39,998 bases of DNA, taken from IMG/VR virus record IMGVR_UViG_3300037420_000418, positions 1-39,998 of that record, one strand, 5' to 3'. Positions 33,989 through 39,998 of the stretch are shown here, one piece after another. A program made the translations under genes and the position numbers. Under the pieces are notes generated by a model that was not told the origin of the DNA, made no database searches, and was given only the letters and a program-made list of their open reading frames with translations. This stretch comes from a virus. Lineage: Duplodnaviria; Caudoviricetes. The stretch's first letter is position 1. Each line of letters begins with the position of its first letter.

Positions 33989-34180
33989 GGTAATTTTCTC
34001 TTACGTTATATACCGAAGTCTGAGGTTGAACTTACTTATCGCCCTACATTCCCCACATGAGGAATGCACATAGCTTTTCTACGAATTCCCTGAACTCGTA
34101 CCAAGCTTGCTTCAAAGTATGTTCGCCTCCATTAGATTATGTTATGAAACAAGACAGGGTAGATAAGGATTACTCCCTAC

Positions 34181-34426
34181 CTACCCTGTCTTGTGATAGC
34201 CCGTCCCATCGTTTGAGACTTCTTCTCGAAGCCCACGATCCACAATGGGAAGCCCAGCTTGCGCGACAAGTATACCAAGGTCTGTATACTTTTGATCTTT
34301 CGGCCAAAAGGCAAACCCATACTCACCGCTATTAAGTTGAAAGAGAAGAATTGCATTAACAATCTCTTCTCCGACAACTCCTGCTAGGGCTTTCTCGATG
34401 AGGGTCGATAGCTCTTCATCCGCCAT
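34181..34426 (-). CDS. hypothetical protein
   Basis: AAGGGG SD. Confidence 0.6.
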   Translation of the reverse strand: MADEELSTLIEKALAGVVGEEIVNAILLFQLNSGEYGFAFWPKDQKYTDLGILVAQAGLPIVDRGLREEVSNDGTGYHKTG

Positions 34427-34450
34427 GCTGACCCCCTTATATTGGAACGG

Positions 34451-34729
34451 TTACGCCGTGGCGGTCGCCTTGGCACCGGACTTGGCCGAGGACTTCGAGC
34501 CGTTGGACGGCTTCGCTTCCTTCAGCCAAGCGGGAAGCTGCTCCGGCTCGCCAGCCACGACACGGGCCGGGCGGAAGAGGATACCCTCGTCCGTCAGTTC
34601 GGCCGTGAACTGAAGCCCATCCGGAAGGTTCTTCGCAATATCCATCGGAATAGCGATGGAAGCGGCGTCGAACTGCCCCTCCGGGGTGTCAGGCTTGCGG
34701 AGCTTCCGCAGCTTGTATGTACCAGCCAT
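34451..34729 (-). CDS. AbrB/SpoVT-like transcription regulator
   Basis: SIAIPMDIA..FTAELTDEGILFRP; AGGAGG SD. Confidence 0.6.
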   Translation of the reverse strand: MAGTYKLRKLRKPDTPEGQFDAASIAIPMDIAKNLPDGLQFTAELTDEGILFRPARVVAGEPEQLPAWLKEAKPSNGSKSSAKSGAKATATA

Positions 34730-34774
34730 GTTAAATGGCCTCCTGTTGTTGGTTGGTTGGTGCTAGATCAAAGT

Positions 34775-34960
34775 CTAGCTCTTCCGCTTACGCCAGTGTT
34801 CCTTCACTTCTCTGGCGCTTGCTTGGAAGTAGTTTACACGCTTGTCAAGTGGCTTGATCAAAAGTGCTTGCGGAGCTTTGCCCTCGACAAATGCGAGGAA
34901 GATCCGGCCTTTGTGGTCCACTCGAACAATGTCCCCTTCCTTGATAGGTGCGAGGTTCAT
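34775..34960 (-). CDS. small KOW/SH3-like protein
   Basis: IKEGDIVRVDHKG. Confidence 0.6.
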   Translation of the reverse strand: MNLAPIKEGDIVRVDHKGRIFLAFVEGKAPQALLIKPLDKRVNYFQASAREVKEHWRKRKS

Positions 34961-35001
34961 CCGTGTGATTGATTGGAAGGATACACAACAGGAAGGGTTT
35001 G

Positions 35002-35268
35002 TCAAGCGGGAATAGTTTCTCGCTTCTGAAGCTGCTTGATAGCGCGACCGAGAGAGATATTCCTGCCCGTTGACTTGCAGTAGTTGTCCTCGTCGCTGCA
35101 CCGGGCAACGGAGGTAACGACCTCGTTGCCTTCTTCGTCAAGGATGCGACAGCGCGTCATGCCACCACGAGGATCCATATACACCTGACCGCCAATCTTT
35201 TCAAATTGGCGAACGTGTGTGTACTTGGCGATATAACCTTCTGGAAGCTGAGGCTTCATAAAGATCAT
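35002..35268 (-). CDS. conserved phage hypothetical protein
   Basis: GGMT..ARCSDEDNYCKSTGRNISLGRA; AGGAGG SD. Confidence 0.7.
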   Translation of the reverse strand: MIFMKPQLPEGYIAKYTHVRQFEKIGGQVYMDPRGGMTRCRILDEEGNEVVTSVARCSDEDNYCKSTGRNISLGRAIKQLQKRETIPA

Positions 35269-35573
35269 GCCTCCTTTAAATGTAGTAGCTCTGAAAGACC
35301 TACCATGATCTTTACACTAATTTCTCTAGCCGAGAAGTCCTTAAGATCGACGTAGTAAATAGGCTTATAATCTTCAGGTTCTTGGAAGGCTTGCTCCGCC
35401 GAAGAGATTAGATCATCTTCATCGCTGAAGGTATCAATCCAGTATTTGCTCTCATTCTCATTTACTAAGACGAGAGCAAACCTTCCAATAGAACCTGAGA
35501 CTACTTCTATGTTTTCCGACGAGATATTGAACTTGTCGGCCAGGATATGAAAGTATTTACTATACCCTGACAT
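35265..35573 (-). CDS. hypothetical protein
   Basis: ORF in operon. Confidence 0.6.
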   Translation of the reverse strand: MSGYSKYFHILADKFNISSENIEVVSGSIGRFALVLVNENESKYWIDTFSDEDDLISSAEQAFQEPEDYKPIYYVDLKDFSAREISVKIMVGLSELLHLKEA

Positions 35574-35582
35574 ATGTTCAAT

Positions 35583-35903
35583 TTAGAAGCGGCGAAGCTC
35601 CTGGTGTGCCCGACCCGAGTCGAATTCATCCACAAACTGACGGAACTCGGTCGGATTGTAAACCACGTCACCCCGAACGGTACCACCAACAGCGGCAGCG
35701 AACTTGACGCGCTGGGCTTCAGGCACACCAAGGATGGAGCTGGATCTAACCGCTGCACCCGGGAGCAGATCCTTCAGCGAGTTGGCTAGCGGACAATCTG
35801 CGCCGATTGAGCGTCCCTGGGCGATCTGCGATAGCGGAGCGCCACCTAGGGCTACGCGGGCGGCGTTGACCTTGTCCAGAACCCGCCTTTTATCTACGGC
35901 CAT
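35583..35903 (-). CDS. hypothetical protein
   Basis: AAGGAG SD; CPLANS..FVDEFDSG. Confidence 0.7.
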   Translation of the reverse strand: MAVDKRRVLDKVNAARVALGGAPLSQIAQGRSIGADCPLANSLKDLLPGAAVRSSSILGVPEAQRVKFAAAVGGTVRGDVVYNPTEFRQFVDEFDSGRAHQELRRF

Positions 35904-35971
35904 CTGTTCTCCTTATGTCGTTTAGTAATTCGCGCGGCTTCACACGACAGGCGTGAGCGCTCGCGCCGTTC

Positions 35972-36002
35972 ATCTTAGCAGACGCCTTGGCATACGTGTC
36001 AA
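35972..36002 (-). promoter_or_regulatory. sigma70-type promoter
   Basis: TTGACA-19 nt-TAAGAT with extended -10 TG; preceded by GGCCGGG/CCCGGCC hairpin. Confidence 0.5.
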
Positions 36003-36032
36003 GTGGCCGGGTTTCTGCCCCCGGCCGAATAA

Positions 36033-36371
36033 CTACCTACACATATCACAAATTCCATCACGCGGTGGTCTGGCTGCTACAACAACCCTACGACCAGAGC
36101 AGTAAGGACAGGCAACAGTCCAAGGCTTAGCCTCTGATTTATCGTTGCCAACAAAAGTGAAGGCATTTTGATAAGTGGTTAGAAGCTTTCGCCGCATCCT
36201 GCGTACTGGCGCACCATTGTTCCGGTCGTCTGCGTACTGGTATTCGATAAGAGATTCATCCCATACGCCTTTTTGGAAACCAGTAATGATGATTTCTCGG
36301 CCAGGCATAGGGCCACAACCCCACTTATTGCAGAGCCATATCTGGCCAACTTCTCTACGAATGCCCGCCAT
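36033..36371 (-). CDS. hypothetical protein with C-terminal Zn ribbon
   Basis: REVGQIW; CPYC..CDMC. Confidence 0.65.
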   Translation of the reverse strand: MAGIRREVGQIWLCNKWGCGPMPGREIIITGFQKGVWDESLIEYQYADDRNNGAPVRRMRRKLLTTYQNAFTFVGNDKSEAKPWTVACPYCSGRRVVVAARPPRDGICDMCR

Positions 36372-36386
36372 TTAGGTAAACATCCT

Positions 36387-36761
36387 TTATGTTTCGTTTT
36401 TAGTATTACTTTGCATAGATGCTAGTGAGGAGCAGTTAGGACAGTCCATAATAATATCTGCTGTTACCTTTGCCTGGCGAGATTGACAGACGACACAGTA
36501 GAAGATTTTTAGGACAGGCTTATTGCTCGGACGCCCGATCAGCTTATGATATTCAGCTTGAATCCCATCAGAAAAGCTGGCGATATCGAGATTATCCGTC
36601 CAACCCTCTTCCTGATATTCCTCATCTTCGTCTGGTGGGGCCAGGGGAATGTATCGGCATTTGACTAGCTTGTTCGCTTCATCCGTAGGCCCGATGAGAA
36701 AACGATCTCCATGAACGGTCCAAATATCTCCCTCTCGCCAGGGATACTTAGATTTAGCCAT
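36387..36761 (-). CDS. hypothetical protein with C-terminal Zn ribbon
   Basis: WREGDIW; CVVC..CPNC; AAGGA SD. Confidence 0.65.
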   Translation of the reverse strand: MAKSKYPWREGDIWTVHGDRFLIGPTDEANKLVKCRYIPLAPPDEDEEYQEEGWTDNLDIASFSDGIQAEYHKLIGRPSNKPVLKIFYCVVCQSRQAKVTADIIMDCPNCSSLASMQSNTKNET

Positions 36762-36770
36762 AGTTTCCTT

Positions 36771-36983
36771 TTATGTTAGTGTTTCAAGGTTTCGAATATT
36801 GAACCTGGCCTGTATTCTGTCATGGGGCCAAGGATTATTATTGAGTCGCACAATACCAACGCTAGAGTGTCCAAGGTGGTTCACAACACGCGCGATGGTG
36901 CCATTCTCGCGCTTCCAGTCCTCACCCCAATCCGGGCTCGCAACAAGTCGCACAAGGCTATTTATTTCCGGTCGTTCGTTCAT
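36771..36983 (-). CDS. small SH3-like hypothetical protein
   Basis: INSLVRLV..GTIARVV. Confidence 0.6.
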   Translation of the reverse strand: MNERPEINSLVRLVASPDWGEDWKRENGTIARVVNHLGHSSVGIVRLNNNPWPHDRIQARFNIRNLETLT

Positions 36984-36985
36984 AA

Positions 36986-37225
36986 TTAATGAAGTGGTTC
37001 GAAGTAATTCCTACCAGCGCCCAGCCTACCTTCGACCTTATCATTCGAAAGCGGCACAAAGACATAAGGACGAAGGTTTGAGCTACTCTCTTCTACCCTA
37101 AATAGGGTGCCCGCTTTATAACTGGCAATAATGGCTTTTTCCCCGTCCTTATGAGGAAACATATGCCAATCTCCAGTCGTCCTTGAAAGCCTAACAATTT
37201 GACCTATTTTAAATTGTTCTGACAT
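36986..37225 (-). CDS. small SH3-like hypothetical protein
   Basis: FKIGQIVRL..AGTLFRV..VPLSN. Confidence 0.6.
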   Translation of the reverse strand: MSEQFKIGQIVRLSRTTGDWHMFPHKDGEKAIIASYKAGTLFRVEESSSNLRPYVFVPLSNDKVEGRLGAGRNYFEPLH

Positions 37226-37228
37226 AAT

Positions 37229-37426
37229 TTATCTACCACTTGCATCGCGTAGATCCATATAGCCTACGCTTCTTTGCCCTGTTCCACGGCAAGTCCGACA
37301 ACGATAACCTCTTCGCTTTAGATATTCAATGCCGTCATAGCGAATACGATCATGAACCGATGGTTCGACACCAGTTCCGCCGCAATTTGGGCAATCTTTC
37401 TTGCCTACCTCAACCCATCTTGTCAT
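37229..37426 (-). CDS. DnaJ-type CxxCxGxG Zn-finger protein
   Basis: CPNCGGTG..CRTCRGTG. Confidence 0.7.
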   Translation of the reverse strand: MTRWVEVGKKDCPNCGGTGVEPSVHDRIRYDGIEYLKRRGYRCRTCRGTGQRSVGYMDLRDASGR

Positions 37427-37440
37427 TGTTTGGTTGTTCC

Positions 37441-37647
37441 TTACAAGGGCTCTACGCTTTCATAAGAAAGGGTCGCTTTTTCACCAGAAGGAAATGGCCT
37501 ATTTTCATCTAGGGAAACGACGTAGACATAAGTATCATCTACATTATAAACGCGACAAATTCTTTTGTCGTGTAATTTCCAATTACGCGACCATCTGTCT
37601 CCGGCTATAATCCTAACTAGTTGGCCGACCCTGTAATCGTTATCCAT
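37441..37647 (-). CDS. small SH3/KOW-like protein
   Basis: YRVGQLVRIIAG; GGAG SD. Confidence 0.6.
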   Translation of the reverse strand: MDNDYRVGQLVRIIAGDRWSRNWKLHDKRICRVYNVDDTYVYVVSLDENRPFPSGEKATLSYESVEPL

Positions 37648-37648
37648 T

Positions 37649-38362
37649 TTACTCCAGTCCAGCCTCACTTAGCTCACACTGGATGATGTTGTTAGCTTCG
37701 ACGTTCATATAGATCATGCCCGGAACCTTGTCCCCGGCAAGCTGCTTGCGAACCCCGGTCAGCAGATGACTACCAACGTGCCCCATTACATCAATAACGG
37801 AGCGCCGGGTACAAGGATCTTCCTGAGCGTCCTCATCGGAGTACAGCGTCTTCTCAAACAGACGCCATTCCTCCGGGTCCTTCGGGTTGACCGAGTAAAT
37901 GACGATCTTCTCGCCACCAATCCGGGCATCCCAATAGCGAGGAATGTGGAAGCGGTTAGCCTTCACGGCCTTGGCAATTTCCGTCCGCGCCGCCATTGAA
38001 TCGACGCCGGAGACGACTAGCCCCATAAGCTGCGTCGAGTCGGTAACACGCTCATTCTTCTCTTCAACTTCAGAGATAGTGAAAGAACTAACCGCCTCGC
38101 TCAAAGCATGAACCTTCGGGTAACCCAGCTTATCCAGAGGAAAGAACTGGTTGGGAAGGTTATGAGCCTCGACAGAGTCATCGTCAAAGACGGTGATCCG
38201 GCCGATGCCAAGCTTGCCAGCCATGACAGTGAACAGAGAACCGATTCCACCACCACCGATCACTGTCAGCTTGGCATCAATCGAAGTAGGATCGAACCAA
38301 TCCCGCTGGCGGGTGAAGTCGATGGTCCCATTGCGTTCTAGTTCTAGAACACGAGGATTCAT
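37649..38362 (-). CDS. ThiF/MoeB/E1-family adenylyltransferase
   Basis: VIGGGGIGS, DDDSVEAHNLPNQ, KV, GVDSMAAR, DARIG, Cys in EDPC. Confidence 0.92.
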   Translation of the reverse strand: MNPRVLELERNGTIDFTRQRDWFDPTSIDAKLTVIGGGGIGSLFTVMAGKLGIGRITVFDDDSVEAHNLPNQFFPLDKLGYPKVHALSEAVSSFTISEVEEKNERVTDSTQLMGLVVSGVDSMAARTEIAKAVKANRFHIPRYWDARIGGEKIVIYSVNPKDPEEWRLFEKTLYSDEDAQEDPCTRRSVIDVMGHVGSHLLTGVRKQLAGDKVPGMIYMNVEANNIIQCELSEAGLE

Positions 38363-38388
38363 GGAATCACTTCCTTTATTTGTTGTTG

Positions 38389-38577
38389 TTAAGTAAGCTC
38401 TTTAAGCCTTGCCGGGTCAAGATAAAACTCATCCTCATATTGGTCGGGACGAGGATTCAGAAGCTTATAGTTATAGCCATCGTCACATACGACGGCTTGA
38501 CCTTTTACGCCGTAATAAACACCGTCTTCGGGTTCCTCGGCACCGTCTTCAATAAGCACGTAGAATTTTCTACTCAT
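38389..38577 (-). CDS. small hypothetical protein
   Basis: ORF between JAB and ThiF genes. Confidence 0.55.
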   Translation of the reverse strand: MSRKFYVLIEDGAEEPEDGVYYGVKGQAVVCDDGYNYKLLNPRPDQYEDEFYLDPARLKELT

Positions 38578-38610
38578 AACATATTATTTAGTTTGATTAT
38601 AAATACTCTT

Positions 38611-38636
38611 CTCTCCACCGCCGAAACGATGGAGAG
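38611..38636 (-). other. stable RNA hairpin just 3' of JAB gene
   Basis: CTCTCCATCG-TTTCGG-CGGTGGAGAG; no U tract. Confidence 0.6.
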
Positions 38637-38644
38637 TAGACTAC

Positions 38645-39790
38645 TTACATCGCACCCATCATCATGGGGAATGCTTCGAGCACTGCCTTGCGCTCTTCTT
38701 CACTGAGCGTGCGGCGCTTCTTAATGGCTTCCTTTTCCTCATTCAGAAGCTTATCCCAAACAGACTTGGTGATATCTTCCAGAAGGATCAGTTCAGAATC
38801 TTCGACAATCAGTGAGATATCGAAGAACGAAGCGTAGCCAGCGCTTTCGTCAAAGCAACGAAACCAAGTTGCTTCAAAGAAATCACCGGAATCCTCGGCC
38901 TCGTTGTCGGTGTCTTTTCCCCCGTTACTCCCTCGCCGCTTAGTGCCGGTTGAGGAGTTCTTGGACCCTTTGCTCCCGTTCTTCGAGCTTGGCCCGGAAG
39001 TAGTCGTCTTCTTCCCCCCAGACCAGACCCATTTTGGGGACTGCACCTTCTCTTCGTACTCAACCTTAGCCTCTTCCTTGATACCATTCTGGATAGCAAG
39101 GGTAGCTTCGGTGAGTTCCTTATTTACATCCTTGACGGCATCCTTACGAGCTTTCTTGAGTTCTTCAAGACGCTCCTTCAGATCCTTAGTGACATTATCA
39201 AGCTCTTCTTCAAGCTTGGTAATCTCTGCGTCGTAGGGAGCCTCAATACTCTCGCTCTTGGCGATAATATTGATCAGCCCCGGGTGAGGGAGGATTTCGA
39301 GAGACGCGCTCTCGAAAGTAACAGAGTGTCCCTCTTCATCCAGAAGCGGACAAATGTTCCTATCCAGACCCTTGAAGACGTCAAGCCGGTGCTTAACCTC
39401 ATTGCGGTTGTTATACACCGACGAGAACATCCACGGAACCGAGTAGCCCATGCGCTCGATGAAGTCCTTATCCGTACCGGACCAGAACGTACTCATCGCG
39501 CCATGTGAGTGCCAAGAGTAGACGCCGTACTCAGCCGCCGTCCAACCAGCACCGCCATTCTCGACAGGGGTGTACAGCCATTCAAGATACTTAGCGAATG
39601 CCTGATCATCCCAATCGACCGAGCCGGAGGAAACTTCCTGCTCCAGCAGCCGCATATGGCGAACCACATTGGCTCCGTCTTCGAGAGTCTCGATGACGCC
39701 AAAGCCGCCAATCTCATTTGGGGAAGCCTCATGCACCCAGGCTTTAATCCGAGTGTAATCCTCTTCCTCAATAAAGAGAATAGGTGTCAA
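38645..39790 (-). CDS. JAB/MPN-domain metalloprotease-like protein with coiled-coil extension
   Basis: NEIGGFG (Glu), WHSH..FWSGTD (HxH..S..D); TTG start with AGGAG SD. Confidence 0.85.
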   Translation of the reverse strand: MTPILFIEEEDYTRIKAWVHEASPNEIGGFGVIETLEDGANVVRHMRLLEQEVSSGSVDWDDQAFAKYLEWLYTPVENGGAGWTAAEYGVYSWHSHGAMSTFWSGTDKDFIERMGYSVPWMFSSVYNNRNEVKHRLDVFKGLDRNICPLLDEEGHSVTFESASLEILPHPGLINIIAKSESIEAPYDAEITKLEEELDNVTKDLKERLEELKKARKDAVKDVNKELTEATLAIQNGIKEEAKVEYEEKVQSPKWVWSGGKKTTTSGPSSKNGSKGSKNSSTGTKRRGSNGGKDTDNEAEDSGDFFEATWFRCFDESAGYASFFDISLIVEDSELILLEDITKSVWDKLLNEEKEAIKKRRTLSEEERKAVLEAFPMMMGAM

Positions 39791-39828
39791 TGGATTCTCC
39801 TATTGAATTGTTGTTTTTCTCCTACTGA

Positions 39829-39873
39829 TTAGTAGGTCTAGGGCTAGCGTAGTTCTAGCCCTACATCTACTAA
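39829..39873. other. 19-bp imperfect inverted repeat upstream of JAB gene
   Basis: TTAGTAGGTCTAGGGCTAG / CTAGCCCTACATCTACTAA. Confidence 0.7.
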
Positions 39874-39998
39874 CTTAGAGGATTAAAGTGTATCGCGTGC
39901 GAAATGTGAAGGTGAATGAATCTATCTTTATTAGATAGCGGAACAGCATAGAAGAGATTTGTATCGTTACCTCTGGCTTGAAGCCTAAAAAGCGTTCC
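39870..39998 (-). CDS. partial small protein, similar to 36986-37225
   Basis: GTLFRLQ..FYAVPLSNKD versus GTLFRVE..VFVPLSNDK. Confidence 0.55.
   Translation of the reverse strand, partial: GTLFRLQARGNDTNLFYAVPLSNKDRFIHLHISHAIHFNPLS

Noticed and set aside
38389-38577. Ubiquitin-like substrate between JAB and E1
   Set aside because: No C-terminal Gly and no beta-grasp pattern; the GG-ending proteins at 7580 and 23054 are a lipoprotein and a lysin

Overview
A 40-kb segment of a tailed dsDNA bacteriophage genome with two converging transcription blocks. The + strand block (1-27531) holds a replication/recombination module (primase 3' end, gp32-like SSB, DUF5664-type dNTP diphosphohydrolase, HAD nucleotidase, DnaE-type polymerase, RecA, Cas4-like nuclease, resolvase), a two-lipoprotein/membrane cassette, TerS/TerL, a portal-MuF fusion, a glycosyltransferase/methyltransferase cassette, two cell-wall hydrolases plus a holin, dUTPase, a mini release-factor-like domain with a degenerate GGQ, ClpP and a protein phosphatase. 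The - strand block (27528-39998) holds many short, often AT-rich ORFs (a large share with SH3/KOW-like N-termini), a macrodomain, a ThiF/E1 plus JAB pair, and 7 tRNA genes (4 Leu, Arg, Pro, and Met on the + strand). The most unusual parts are an ORF-free 1.1-kb array of tandem, terminal-stem-closed structured RNAs (30895-31980) that includes a tRNA-like RNA with a long rod in place of the anticodon arm, and a tRNA-Leu(CAA) with an 88-nt structured variable arm. Protein calls come from motif recognition only and RNA pairings were read by eye; no searches or folding programs were run. The host cannot be determined from this window.
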